A stretch of DNA of 56,421 bases from a virus (Duplodnaviria > Caudoviricetes): the IMG/VR virus record IMGVR_UViG_3300026484_000465, positions 1-56,421 of that record. One strand, 5' to 3'. The notes under the pieces were generated by a model that saw nothing but the letters and a program-made list of their open reading frames with translations, had not been told where the DNA came from and did not search any database. Both the position numbers and the translations under genes were made by a program. Shown here one piece after another: positions 1 through 10,051 of the stretch. The first letter of the stretch is position 1, and every line of letters begins with the position of its first letter.

Positions 1-247
1 CATTGTTTGTATTTACAGTATTTGGTGTTTCATTGTTTGTATTTGTATTGTATATCTTTTGCTTAAATCTTTTTCTTTCTTCTGCTTTGTTTTTTAATTT
101 TTTGATAGAAATAGGTGTTTCATTGTTTGTATTTACAGTATTTGGTGTTTCATTGTTTGTATTTGTATTGTATATCTTTTGCTTAAATCTTTTTCTTTCT
201 TCTGCTTTGTTTTTTAATTTTTTGATAGAAATAGGTGTTTCATTGTT
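1..247. repeat. Perfect 120-bp tandem repeat (at least 2 copies, truncated by window edge) with internal 30-bp sub-repeat
   Basis: Bases 1-120 are identical to 121-240; on the minus strand it encodes ETPISIKKLKNKAEERKRFKQKIYNTNTNNETPNTVNTNN. Confidence 0.97.
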
Positions 248-565
248 AAGGTTAACTTTTTGTTTTATATCTTCACCCTCAGTTATTCCTTTTTGTGATA
301 GTTTTTTTTGTGATGCCCTATATTGATCTCTTTCTGCTTTAAATTTTGTTTTAGACCCCTGTCCAGAAATATGTTTTAACTCTTTATGTTCTTCTGGGGT
401 AATTAAATCATTTGCTAGCATTTCATCTAGCTTTTTGTGTAATTTGTTTTGTTTCCCGTTAAATTCATTACTATTAACAAAATCCATTATAAACTTATTA
501 TTACCGAATCTATCTTTTATTTTATTATAATAAGCTGTTTTAATTAAGTATTGTGTTGCATTCAA
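1..565 (-). CDS. Partial ORF (runs off left end), putative internal virion protein with LIKTA leader and 40-aa tandem repeats
   Basis: Not in ORF track. TTG start at 565 after AAAAGGA RBS and TTGCAA-N17-TATAAT; translates MNATQYLIKTAYYNKIKDRF... and stays open to position 1. Confidence 0.8.
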   Translation of the reverse strand, partial: MNATQYLIKTAYYNKIKDRFGNNKFIMDFVNSNEFNGKQNKLHKKLDEMLANDLITPEEHKELKHISGQGSKTKFKAERDQYRASQKKLSQKGITEGEDIKQKVNLNNETPISIKKLKNKAEERKRFKQKIYNTNTNNETPNTVNTNNETPISIKKLKNKAEERKRFKQKIYNTNTNNETPNTVNTNN

Positions 566-593
566 TGTTTTTCCTTTTTTTTTATTTATTATA

Positions 594-1052
594 CTAAAGA
601 TTGTTTATTATTGCAATTATTTTATCTGCATCTTCTTCTGTTAATCCATTGTCTCCGTTAATATGATAGAAATTTGATTTGTTTATATAGTTGTGCTTTT
701 CTGAACATATATAAGTATCATCATCATCAATAACTAAAAATTTATCTATATTATATTTTTTAATCGTATTTTTTATTTGCCCACCTTTTATAACATGAGT
801 ATCCAATGTTGTTCCTATTATTTTGTCTTTATTTTTTAAAGATGAATTTAATAAGATTCTTTGTACTTTGTATTTTAAAGATGAGTGGATAATAACATGA
901 ACATTAGTTTTATTTATTATCAGGTCTAATAATTCTAATTTTGAATTTATACTATTTAAATCGTTATTTTTATGCGACAATATAACACCATCAAAGTCCA
1001 AAAACAATATTTTTTTACACAAAACAAAATCCTTTTTTATAGATTTTAACAT
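594..1052 (-). CDS. HAD-superfamily hydrolase (Swiss-army-knife RNA-repair-like HAD domain)
   Basis: Motif I ILFLDFDGVI, VIIHSS, FLVIDDD and C-terminal GLTEED typical of small phage HAD proteins; true start may be TTG near 1022 after AAGGA. Confidence 0.75.
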   Translation of the reverse strand: MLKSIKKDFVLCKKILFLDFDGVILSHKNNDLNSINSKLELLDLIINKTNVHVIIHSSLKYKVQRILLNSSLKNKDKIIGTTLDTHVIKGGQIKNTIKKYNIDKFLVIDDDDTYICSEKHNYINKSNFYHINGDNGLTEEDADKIIAIINNL

Positions 1053-1102
1053 TTTTTTGTTATTTAGTAAATTATTTTTTGTATTTATATTAAAAACAAT
1101 AT

Positions 1103-1146
1103 TTGACTAACAATAAATAGTAAGTTATAATAAACAAAAAAAGGAT
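1103..1146 (+). promoter_or_regulatory. Sigma70-type promoter plus RBS
   Basis: TTGACT (1103-1108), 17-nt spacer, TATAAT (1126-1131), then A-run and AAGGA before ATG 1153. Confidence 0.75.
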
Positions 1147-1152
1147 TTAGTT

Positions 1153-1575
1153 ATGCCAACTATTTCAACAATGTTTGATAAACCTTTAGAAGAAGATATT
1201 GCGTTAGAATCAAATTCTACTTCTGCTTCTAGTGTAGTTGATACTTTAAAGAATGCTGAAAACACATATAAAGCATTTTTATATTTAAGAGCTATGTATT
1301 CATTGTATCCAAATAAAGAAACAATACTTAAAATGGATACAATTAAAAGCGATGATTATGTAGAGATAGATAAACCTGTTAATGCAAACAAGATATTTGT
1401 AGTTAATACGGGAGATGGTAGTTGTCACATTAAATTCAATGATGAAGAGTTTGAGATTGTTGTTGGGAGAGAATACGAATTTCCTGTTATTCCTAAAACA
1501 GATGAAAACGATGGTGATAAGGTTGAAGTTAAAGGAACACTTTCTTATTACATGAAAAACGTACAGGAGTTTTAA
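1153..1575 (+). CDS. Hypothetical virion protein, paralog of next gene
   Basis: Promoter and RBS; N-terminus FDKPLEEDIALE...LKNAENTYKAFLY matches 1577..1984. Confidence 0.6.
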   Translation: MPTISTMFDKPLEEDIALESNSTSASSVVDTLKNAENTYKAFLYLRAMYSLYPNKETILKMDTIKSDDYVEIDKPVNANKIFVVNTGDGSCHIKFNDEEFEIVVGREYEFPVIPKTDENDGDKVEVKGTLSYYMKNVQEF

Positions 1576-1576
1576 T

Positions 1577-1984
1577 ATGGGAAATACTATAAAAACAAGA
1601 TTCGATAATCCTTTAGAAGAAGATGTTGCATTTGAACAAACAAAAAATCAACAAGGAATAAGTGATTTATTAAAAAATACTGAGAACATATATAAAGCAT
1701 TTTTGTATATGAAAGAAATGTTTTCTAGTGCACCCGTGTTTAATAAAATTGTTAATATTACTTATATTGATAATGCTACTGACGAAGATATTTCAATTGA
1801 TGAAAAAGCTAATTTGTTAACATTTAAAAATAATAATAAAGATATATCTGAAATTTATTATAATGATAATGACAAATTAGTGTTGTATGCATATGAACAA
1901 ATTGATATACCTGTTTTTAGTGGAGATACTATTAAAGTTACAGGCACTATGAATGTTATACAAATGAAATACGAGATTAGATAA
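1577..1984 (+). CDS. Hypothetical virion protein, paralog of previous gene
   Basis: FDNPLEEDVAFE...LKNTENIYKAFLY; tightly coupled to upstream gene. Confidence 0.6.
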   Translation: MGNTIKTRFDNPLEEDVAFEQTKNQQGISDLLKNTENIYKAFLYMKEMFSSAPVFNKIVNITYIDNATDEDISIDEKANLLTFKNNNKDISEIYYNDNDKLVLYAYEQIDIPVFSGDTIKVTGTMNVIQMKYEIR

Positions 1985-1998
1985 CAAAGGATAGAAAA

Positions 1999-4062
1999 AT
2001 GGCTAATATTTATTATGTTGACCCAGCTAATGGAGATAATGGGAATGATGGTTTAAGTGTAGATAAACCAATAAAAGATTTATGGAGTGATAATGTAGAT
2101 TATGGAGATAAGGATAATATATCTATATTTTACATTAAAAGAGGTACGGAATTAATAATTCCAGAGGACACTAATAAAGCTCTACCTTTCGGTATTGTAA
2201 TGTCTTGGCCACATTCTAATGATGGTGAATATTGGGATAATAGACCAGATGATGGTAAGGATTGGGATGATGATGATAGTTCAAAAGCAAATTTTGCAGC
2301 AGAGAATAAAGCATATATTAGTATAGATGATAAAAAAATGGTTTATTTTAAAAATATAGATATGCATTATCCAGATAGAGATACAAACCCAAGTTTTGTA
2401 ATAAAAAATTCAATAATAGGTTTTATTGATTGTGATATATCTGCTGGTTCATGGCCTGAAGGTCGTGACTATGCTTTTGTTAGGGTTGGAGGCACAAGTA
2501 ACGACACAAAATTAAATAAAACAATAGAAATAACTAGAACAAATATTAGTTTTGATTCTGGTGGTACAGTTATATCATATAATAATAATGATGATGTTAG
2601 AAGTTTTATTAAAAGGGTAAATGTTGTAGACTCAGATATAAATGCTTATAGATTTTTTTGTGCTGATAGTGACTATGATGCTGAATACGGAACTTCTGTG
2701 TTTAGTATTATTAATTCAACAATCAAAACCAGTGATGACACTTTTAGACATTATGGTGATAGGGGTGGAAGTGATCGAGCAGGAACAATGTATTTGAAAA
2801 TAAAAAATTCTGAATTTAATTCAGATGGTGTCTTTTTTATGTTTGGCGATGGAGGTTATACATTGTATCTTCTTGATGTTGATATTAAAGATAGTTCTAT
2901 TAAAACAGATAAATATATTTTTTATACAAATGCAAATAGCAGTGATATTACTAACTATTTAAGAATAAACACAATAAACACAAAATATGATTCAACTAAA
3001 TCATGGATTTATCATAACAGTTCAACAGATGATATGCATTTCCGTTTAAATGCGATAAGAAATACTTTCAGTAACCAGGATTGTGTAATGGATTTACATA
3101 TGGTATATGTTTCTGAAGGTATTACACTTATAAATAACAAATATAAAAATATAGGAACTATATTAAAGGAAAGATCACATAGTAGTGCAACTTTTGATAA
3201 AGTTAAAATGTTTGAATCAAATCTTGATGTTGAACATATTGTTGATGGTGTAACAAAAAATTCAACTTATTATTTAAATAATTGTATTGCAAGCGGATAT
3301 GCATTTAATAATATATCCAATAGTGATGTTGTGTTAAAAAATTGTAAAGTAGGTCAAATAAATTCTGATTCGTTTACATCAATAAAAGCAATAAACTGTG
3401 AGATAAGTCAAGATGATGGATCACCTATTGCTAATGGAGATGTTTATCTAGAGAATTGTAAAATAAATAATGATGATTATCCATTGTTTGATAATGCTTC
3501 AAAAGTTAATGGGATTATTATTGATTCTAATATATCAGGCGATATTGCACCATCATCGTTAGTAAATGTTTTTAGTAAATTTTATAATACTAAAATATCA
3601 GGAGAGACTATTTCTTATAGATGTGAAAAAGAAAAGGTGCAAATAATAACGGCTTCTCCTTATAGAAGTGGTGGTTCTAAATTTTCATTAATGTTACATA
3701 AAAAAAATTCAGGTATTTATCCTGCGGTAATGGATGAATTATTTACGCAATATGATTCAAAAAAAACAACATTAACATTGTATTTTGCAACAGCAGCTGA
3801 GATTAATATTGATAATTATGATATACAAGTTGGTATTTCTTATAAAGATAAAACAGATGGATACACATTTAAAGACTGTAATATAGAAGAAGACCCATAT
3901 AGTGAATGGGATGGTCTTTCTGATGAAGTTAAATATTATAAGGCTACTGTTGATATTAGTGATGCTGATTTAGATAATGGAGATAAAATTACTTTTGTTT
4001 TTACATCTGTGTTAGATAGTATATCTAAATATTACGCAGATGCAATTATAGGGAAAAACTAA
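1999..4062 (+). CDS. Right-handed beta-helix (pectin-lyase-like) protein, probable tailspike/receptor-binding protein
   Basis: N-terminal YYVDPANGDNGNDGLSVDKPIKDL cap motif followed by many beta-helix rungs (IINSTI, IKNSEF, IKDSSI, LNNCI, LKNCK, LENCK). Confidence 0.7.
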   Translation: MANIYYVDPANGDNGNDGLSVDKPIKDLWSDNVDYGDKDNISIFYIKRGTELIIPEDTNKALPFGIVMSWPHSNDGEYWDNRPDDGKDWDDDDSSKANFAAENKAYISIDDKKMVYFKNIDMHYPDRDTNPSFVIKNSIIGFIDCDISAGSWPEGRDYAFVRVGGTSNDTKLNKTIEITRTNISFDSGGTVISYNNNDDVRSFIKRVNVVDSDINAYRFFCADSDYDAEYGTSVFSIINSTIKTSDDTFRHYGDRGGSDRAGTMYLKIKNSEFNSDGVFFMFGDGGYTLYLLDVDIKDSSIKTDKYIFYTNANSSDITNYLRINTINTKYDSTKSWIYHNSSTDDMHFRLNAIRNTFSNQDCVMDLHMVYVSEGITLINNKYKNIGTILKERSHSSATFDKVKMFESNLDVEHIVDGVTKNSTYYLNNCIASGYAFNNISNSDVVLKNCKVGQINSDSFTSIKAINCEISQDDGSPIANGDVYLENCKINNDDYPLFDNASKVNGIIIDSNISGDIAPSSLVNVFSKFYNTKISGETISYRCEKEKVQIITASPYRSGGSKFSLMLHKKNSGIYPAVMDELFTQYDSKKTTLTLYFATAAEINIDNYDIQVGISYKDKTDGYTFKDCNIEEDPYSEWDGLSDEVKYYKATVDISDADLDNGDKITFVFTSVLDSISKYYADAIIGKN

Positions 4063-4334
4063 TGATTATTTTATCTTGTAAAGATTATTTTAATCCAACT
4101 AATGAGAATAATTATATAGAATTATTCTCGTTGGGTGAGACTAATTCTGATAGTAGATTAAATAGCAGAGGTGACAAGTTTACTATGGAAGAATTTGTAG
4201 AATTTAATTTTTTAAATGATGTTAATATAAAAAATATTGGTTCTAGATTTAAAAGATCATATTTAAAAATAAATAGAATACTTTATCCCAAAACTGTACT
4301 ACAAAACTATGGTAGGTTGCAAAAAAAACTTTAA
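4062..4334 (+). CDS. Hypothetical protein
   Basis: TAATG overlap with upstream gene; no recognised motif. Confidence 0.55.
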   Translation: MIILSCKDYFNPTNENNYIELFSLGETNSDSRLNSRGDKFTMEEFVEFNFLNDVNIKNIGSRFKRSYLKINRILYPKTVLQNYGRLQKKL

Positions 4335-4360
4335 TATGCTAAAATTAACAAAAAAAAGGA
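4317..4360 (+). promoter_or_regulatory. Sigma70-type promoter (extended -10) plus RBS
   Basis: TTGCAA (4317-4322), N17, TGc-TAAAAT (4340-4345), A-run, AAGGA. Confidence 0.7.
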
Positions 4361-4366
4361 TTAACA

Positions 4367-4801
4367 ATGAGAAGTTTTAATTTAATTAAGACAGCGGCTA
4401 AGAAAGATGATGGACTTAACACAGCTGAAAAAGCTGCTATAGCAAGTGCAGGGGTTGGAGCAGCAGCTTTATCTCCTTATGCAGCAAAAAGTGTTATGAA
4501 AACATTAGCAGAAAGAAGTGGTAAAAAAGCAGATAAATTATTAGCAAAAGCTGATACTTATAAAAATGCTAACAAATCAGGATGGTTTGGTGGTCTAAGA
4601 AAAGGTCATAAAAAAGAACATGAAGCATTAATGGAAGCTTATAGAAACCAAGTAGAAGCAGCAAATAGAGCTCAAGGTAGAGCAAATTCTGTTGCAGGGT
4701 TTGTAGACGAACATGGTAAAAAATTAAAATATGCTGCAGGTGCAGGTGCTGCAGGTGCAGGAGTTGGTTTAGTATATGGACAAGGGCAAAGAAGAGGTTA
4801 A
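4367..4801 (+). CDS. Gly/Ala-zipper protein with LIKTA leader, putative internal virion (ejection) protein
   Basis: MRSFNLIKTA leader; AAIASAGVGAAAL and AAGAGAAGAGVGLVYG segments flank a basic core; own promoter and terminator. Confidence 0.65.
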   Translation: MRSFNLIKTAAKKDDGLNTAEKAAIASAGVGAAALSPYAAKSVMKTLAERSGKKADKLLAKADTYKNANKSGWFGGLRKGHKKEHEALMEAYRNQVEAANRAQGRANSVAGFVDEHGKKLKYAAGAGAAGAGVGLVYGQGQRRG

Positions 4802-4830
4802 TTACCCCTCTTTTTCTTCTTTTTTTTCTC
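4790..4830 (+). terminator. Intrinsic terminator overlapping stop codon
   Basis: AAGAGG...CCTCTT stem followed by long T-rich tract. Confidence 0.6.
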
Positions 4831-4913
4831 TACAAAAAATAATCTTATAATTAATATTTCATTTCTATAAAACATTTTTTTATGCTATAATTAACAAAAA
4901 AAAGGATTTATAT

Positions 4914-5756
4914 ATGGAAAGATTTGGATTTAAATTGTTTAAAGACCCTGATTTAAATTATGAATTGGTTGCAGGTGATGTTAAAATTGCACTTAACTCC
5001 GTAAATCAACAAGAGCAAACTGTTACAGTTTATTTTGGGGCTTGGGATCAATATGATCCAGCAAAACAAAAATCAATTAGAACGAAACTTACTTTGTCAC
5101 CAAATGATACCTTATTATGGACATTGGTTAGATTGGTAGATGATGGCGATGGAGGATTAAAAGAAATTCCCGCTGTTGAATTTGTTAAATCTGTAAAAGT
5201 AACTGCTCCTGATGAAGAAGACTTAATTTCTTTAAAACCTAATAACCATGTTGCTAATTTTTATTACAACAGTAGTGATGATGATAAGAAATTATCAGAA
5301 GAAGGTGATGATGTTATTTGGGGATTTTTTAATGTAGGTGAATATAAGTTTGGATGGTCAACTTCTACAAATGTCGAAGCTGGATATTTTAGAGCTGCAA
5401 AAAGAGATGATGATGATTCTTCTAAAGAAATCATTATGACAAGAAGAGATGTTTATGGTGATGATGATGACCACCCTGATAGATTTATGCTATGGTCTCA
5501 TGGAGATAGATTACCACATGGTTGGTATATTAAGGACTTTTGGGCATACACATATCCAAACGACGATGATGATGAGACACAAGCTAATGATATTATTCCT
5601 AGATTAAAAACAATATCAACAGGAGTTGGTAATGCTGTTAGATTTGATGTTACTTTTTATATCCCAGAAAATTATACTGGAGATAGTCAAGACCTATCGT
5701 TTAAATTTAAGATACTTGGTCTACAAAATGTTCTTGTTGAACAAAATGAAATCTAA
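4914..5756 (+). CDS. Acidic virion structural protein (appendage paralog family)
   Basis: Own TGcTATAAT promoter and RBS; N-terminus FGFKLFKDPDLNYEL and C-terminus STGVGNAVRFDVTF shared with next gene. Confidence 0.6.
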   Translation: MERFGFKLFKDPDLNYELVAGDVKIALNSVNQQEQTVTVYFGAWDQYDPAKQKSIRTKLTLSPNDTLLWTLVRLVDDGDGGLKEIPAVEFVKSVKVTAPDEEDLISLKPNNHVANFYYNSSDDDKKLSEEGDDVIWGFFNVGEYKFGWSTSTNVEAGYFRAAKRDDDDSSKEIIMTRRDVYGDDDDHPDRFMLWSHGDRLPHGWYIKDFWAYTYPNDDDDETQANDIIPRLKTISTGVGNAVRFDVTFYIPENYTGDSQDLSFKFKILGLQNVLVEQNEI

Positions 5757-5864
5757 TAGAATAAATAAACATCTGTCGGTAAGACATTAAAAGGTGCAAG
5801 AAACAGTATATTAATCGGCGGCACAGGATACCGCTGTAATAGATAACAATTAAAAGGATAAAAA

Positions 5865-6557
5865 ATGGCAATTAGTGGTAATGTTAATTTATTTGAATTA
5901 GGGTTTAGATTTTATCATGACCCAAATTTAAGATATGAAATAACTCCGGACTCTCAAATAAGAATAGACCCAGCAACGGGTAAGGCTACAATGTTTTTTG
6001 GAATGAGAGACTATTTGGTTGATGGTGTAAGAACAAGAAAACAATTAAAAGTTGTACAAGGTGCTCCAACATTCTTTCTTGAAGCTATAGATGAAACTGG
6101 TCAAAGAAATTGGGAAGGTGTAAAAGGAGTTCATTGGGATGATAAAGGAACAATGACATCTTATAATGATACTCTTACTGCACCAGAAAGAATAAGTGAT
6201 TATTATAATGCCGACACTGCTTGTCCTAATGACAATACACAAGCTAGGGTTGCATTTGTGTTTTGTTATGATAATAACGATACAAGATATAAAATTAAAA
6301 ACTCTGATAGTGGATCAACTAGAGAAGTTTATGCAAGAAATACAACAACTATTACCTTAAATAAAAATGAGTATATTTATGGTATTAATTCTCATGGGAA
6401 TAGACTTTTATCGGAATTAAAATCAGGAATAGATAACGCTTTTAAAATAGAAATTACATTTGATTTGGCTTATGATTTTACAGGGCAACAAAGAGGTCTT
6501 AACTTTTTTACAATGCCTGATACAGTTATTCAAGTTATAGAATATGTATTGGATTAA
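5865..6557 (+). CDS. Virion structural protein (appendage paralog family)
   Basis: LGFRFYHDPNLRYEI ... KSGIDNAFKIEITF. Confidence 0.6.
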   Translation: MAISGNVNLFELGFRFYHDPNLRYEITPDSQIRIDPATGKATMFFGMRDYLVDGVRTRKQLKVVQGAPTFFLEAIDETGQRNWEGVKGVHWDDKGTMTSYNDTLTAPERISDYYNADTACPNDNTQARVAFVFCYDNNDTRYKIKNSDSGSTREVYARNTTTITLNKNEYIYGINSHGNRLLSELKSGIDNAFKIEITFDLAYDFTGQQRGLNFFTMPDTVIQVIEYVLD

Positions 6558-6569
6558 TAAAGGATTCTT

Positions 6570-7925
6570 ATGTTAATAACACTAGATTCAATAGGAATGA
6601 GATTAACTTATGATAGGGAGGGGAGATATCCTATAAATATCTCCGAGCCTATTGATTTGCCCTCTTATCAAAAAGAATTTGATTGTTATATGTCCTTAAA
6701 ACAACCAAAACAGTTAGAGGATGGGAGTTGGGAGTGGTATCAACCAAACCAGAGTTATTACAGTTATAGCGATTGGGATTGGAGAGGTTATCCCGATGTG
6801 ACAGATGCAGGGGCTGGTTTTGGTGTTAAAGTAGGACATAAATTAAAAACATACAAAGAAAATATAAAAATGAAAAATATTTTTATAGAAGAAATAGGAA
6901 TATTTGAAAGTTCTATTACTCTTGATAGATTTAAAAATTGGACATCAAACAAAACTCCTTTAGTTTCTGACGATAATGGAGAATTTAGTCTTGAACAAGC
7001 AAAAGAATCTAAACTTTATAAATATTTTAAACCAGATGGTAGCAATTTTCTTAGATATGAGGATGTTATGGGGGAAGAATATTTTTTTGATGTAACACCA
7101 GGGTATATTAGTGGAGTTAATTTTAAAGCGGTTAATTTGATGGATAATGAATTGTTTTTTTCTATGTTTGGGAATAATAAAAATTTTACTATTTGTTTAA
7201 GAATATCTGTCCCGTCAAAAACATGGAATAATTCTTCTTATGTAAATATATTTGAAGGAGTTAATTTAGATATAGGATTAGATTTACTAGGAAAAAATAT
7301 AGTGTTCACTTTTAAAGGGTTAGTTGGAACAGAAAAAGAGCTACTAATACCAACTTTTAATAATAGTAATGAATTTTTTGATATATATTTGTCTTACAAT
7401 AATGGAGAAGTCTTGTATGGAACAGAAGGTAATATAAAAAAAATATTTGTTAATTCCATTTTAAGACCAAAACATTATTTATATAAAAAAGAGGAATCGT
7501 TAGTCTATATAGAAAATATTGATACAGGGGGGAATTCAGCCGGATACAATGTCAAAAATGAAGTTTTTAAGGATAGTAACACTAATCTTGATTACATAAA
7601 AAAACTATATTTTAACGAGTATTCAAAATTAGAAACAATATTTAAAACTAATAAACACTATAACTATCCATTAAGCGAACAAAGAGGTGGATATACTGAT
7701 AGATGGGCTGACTGGAGTCGAAAATATGTTTACTTTAAAGGTATGTTAAAAGAACCAAGAATAGGATATGGAAGTAAACTAACGGTTAAAAATATAGATG
7801 GGCCATTTTATTTGTGGCCATGGATGAACATTATGTTAAAACAACGTATATATAAAAACATACAAAGAATACATCCAATATCTGGAAAATTAGAAACAGT
7901 TTCTTCGGAGTTAATTATAGTATGA
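6570..7925 (+). CDS. Virion protein with possible LamG/concanavalin-like jelly-roll
   Basis: N-terminus IGMRLTYDREGRYPI like family; NFTICLRI...FFDIYLSYNNGEVLY resembles LamG strands. Confidence 0.5.
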   Translation: MLITLDSIGMRLTYDREGRYPINISEPIDLPSYQKEFDCYMSLKQPKQLEDGSWEWYQPNQSYYSYSDWDWRGYPDVTDAGAGFGVKVGHKLKTYKENIKMKNIFIEEIGIFESSITLDRFKNWTSNKTPLVSDDNGEFSLEQAKESKLYKYFKPDGSNFLRYEDVMGEEYFFDVTPGYISGVNFKAVNLMDNELFFSMFGNNKNFTICLRISVPSKTWNNSSYVNIFEGVNLDIGLDLLGKNIVFTFKGLVGTEKELLIPTFNNSNEFFDIYLSYNNGEVLYGTEGNIKKIFVNSILRPKHYLYKKEESLVYIENIDTGGNSAGYNVKNEVFKDSNTNLDYIKKLYFNEYSKLETIFKTNKHYNYPLSEQRGGYTDRWADWSRKYVYFKGMLKEPRIGYGSKLTVKNIDGPFYLWPWMNIMLKQRIYKNIQRIHPISGKLETVSSELIIV

Positions 7926-10051
7926 GTGCTAATGTAGAAAATACAATGACTCAAGATATCCTTCAATATTTTTCTATTTATGGGGATGAACAATTAACTA
8001 GGGAAATTGGGGCAAATGATATAATTGATTTGTGTGACACTGATAACACAATAACATTATATATAACTCTTAATGATTATTTATCTATTAATGACCAAGG
8101 ACAATTATGTATGGTTATTGATGGGGAATACAGGGTTGTTTTTTTTGATATAGTAAGAGAAATTGAAGGTAAATTTTTTAGAAATTATGATTTAGTAGAA
8201 AGCATAGAGACAGAGTTTTTTTTTGATACAAAGCCATTAATAGAGAACTTAATAAAAAAAATAGATGGAGAGTCTTTTATAAATGTAATGGGAGTTCTTA
8301 ATTTTTTTAGCTTTAAGTCTCTAAGTTTTAAAGAAATAAAGCCTGACTACATAAAAGGTGAGGGGTATTCATATAGTTCGGAGGGTATGTTTGATTATAC
8401 TAATAAAATAGCAGAAAAACCACTTTTATTACCTTCGTTTGACAAAAAAATAAGCGATCTGGCATCAGTTTTTCCAAAAGGAAATGTGGAGATAGATAAA
8501 GTCTATTTTTCTAAAAATGAATTGGATGAATTGTTTTATTTAAATGTGTATTTAAAAAAGAAAGTTTATTCTTTTCCAGTTGTTAGGGACAAAATTGTAA
8601 AGAAATATGTAAAACAAAAGTATTATGAAGAACAAGTTAAAAACAATTTTTTTTTAACAGAGATACCTGCAGGGTCAGATATTAGTCCAGATTACTTAAC
8701 TTTAATAGAAAAAATATATAATACTAATTACATTAAAGATTGTTTACAAATAGAACCTATGAAAGAATATCCGGGTTTATCTATAAGCGATTTATTTACA
8801 CACTCAGCTCTATATTGGAATGGTTGTTTTGGAAAAGCACATATTAACATATTGGGGAACATAAAACCTACTTGCTATATAGTGCAAGACAAGTTTAAAA
8901 ATTATATGGGTGATTCCAGTTCTGATTACAGACTAGGGCGTTCATCTCATGAAGTGTTTCAACGATGGGCTTGGTATATGGAGAAAGAAATGAAAAAAAC
9001 TTCAGATGAGGATAAAACAAATGATGAAATATTTATTTATAACACAAAAATAAAAGGCAATCTTGAACAAAAAACAATGAATGAAACAATAGCAACTGAT
9101 TTATTGGGATTAGGTAGAGTATCGACCATCGAGAGATACAATTCACTATATCCTTATTTAGAGAAAGATGGTGCTATAAAAAATATAACAAAAAAGCTAC
9201 CCAATTACTTTTTATTTAAAACACCTCCTTATGGGAAAGGACAATACAGGGGGAAAAAGATAGGAAGTGTCTGGAGTGACTTTTCAATGCAAAAAATAAT
9301 ATATGCCACAATACATAATAATGGGGATATGTATATGCAAGATAGGGTTAAAAACGTGTTAGATTCGCATGGTGGTGGAACAGAGTATAATTTTTTTGTT
9401 TCTTATGATACTTTTTGCAAAAAGCACAATATTAACCTTAATTACATAACCAAAACAGATAACGAAGGAATAGCCGAAAAATCATATATTTTAATGGAAA
9501 GCATAAGGGCTAATACAGAAATCCCAACTAAAGTATACTGTGAGTTTTATGATAGAAATCACCCCGCTCCATTAGATGATATTTATGCTTATGTTCCAAT
9601 CCCATTAACTCCAGGAAATTATAAATATAAAGATGTTCCTTTAAAAGACGAACATGGTAATATTGTTTACAACAACAAAGGAAAACCTATTATAGATGTA
9701 AATAAAGGTTTATATAGAATAGAAGATAAAATTGCTGTAAAAGAAGATATAGGGTCTAACCTAATGATGCACAAAAGAAAAAGAAGTGAAGATTCCGAAG
9801 GAAATGCTACAATAGAAGATTTAGGAGAAGTTGAATATCCTGGAAACACATGGAAAATACCTTTTAATGAAGGGGAGTATTTATATAAGTGCAAGTGTAA
9901 TGCTGTTCATACTTTTATTTCTAGGGATATGAAATTTAAAATAAAAATAAAATTTAAAAAAACACTAAATAGAGAACAGAATGTATACTTTAGATTGTTT
10001 GCACATGATTATACTTTTGGTAGAATGTTTTATATAAAAAGGAAAAGATAA
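7922..10051 (+). CDS. Large hypothetical tail-region protein (family N-terminus)
   Basis: YFSIYGDEQLTREI N-terminal motif; overlaps both neighbours. Confidence 0.55.
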   Translation: MSANVENTMTQDILQYFSIYGDEQLTREIGANDIIDLCDTDNTITLYITLNDYLSINDQGQLCMVIDGEYRVVFFDIVREIEGKFFRNYDLVESIETEFFFDTKPLIENLIKKIDGESFINVMGVLNFFSFKSLSFKEIKPDYIKGEGYSYSSEGMFDYTNKIAEKPLLLPSFDKKISDLASVFPKGNVEIDKVYFSKNELDELFYLNVYLKKKVYSFPVVRDKIVKKYVKQKYYEEQVKNNFFLTEIPAGSDISPDYLTLIEKIYNTNYIKDCLQIEPMKEYPGLSISDLFTHSALYWNGCFGKAHINILGNIKPTCYIVQDKFKNYMGDSSSDYRLGRSSHEVFQRWAWYMEKEMKKTSDEDKTNDEIFIYNTKIKGNLEQKTMNETIATDLLGLGRVSTIERYNSLYPYLEKDGAIKNITKKLPNYFLFKTPPYGKGQYRGKKIGSVWSDFSMQKIIYATIHNNGDMYMQDRVKNVLDSHGGGTEYNFFVSYDTFCKKHNINLNYITKTDNEGIAEKSYILMESIRANTEIPTKVYCEFYDRNHPAPLDDIYAYVPIPLTPGNYKYKDVPLKDEHGNIVYNNKGKPIIDVNKGLYRIEDKIAVKEDIGSNLMMHKRKRSEDSEGNATIEDLGEVEYPGNTWKIPFNEGEYLYKCKCNAVHTFISRDMKFKIKIKFKKTLNREQNVYFRLFAHDYTFGRMFYIKRKR

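Noticed and set aside
1-247. CRISPR array
   Set aside because: Whole 120-bp units are identical and in frame; no unique spacers and no cas genes
3-326. Plus-strand 107-aa hydrophobic ORF
   Set aside because: Antisense shadow of the repeat in the minus-strand gene, which has promoter, RBS and family leader
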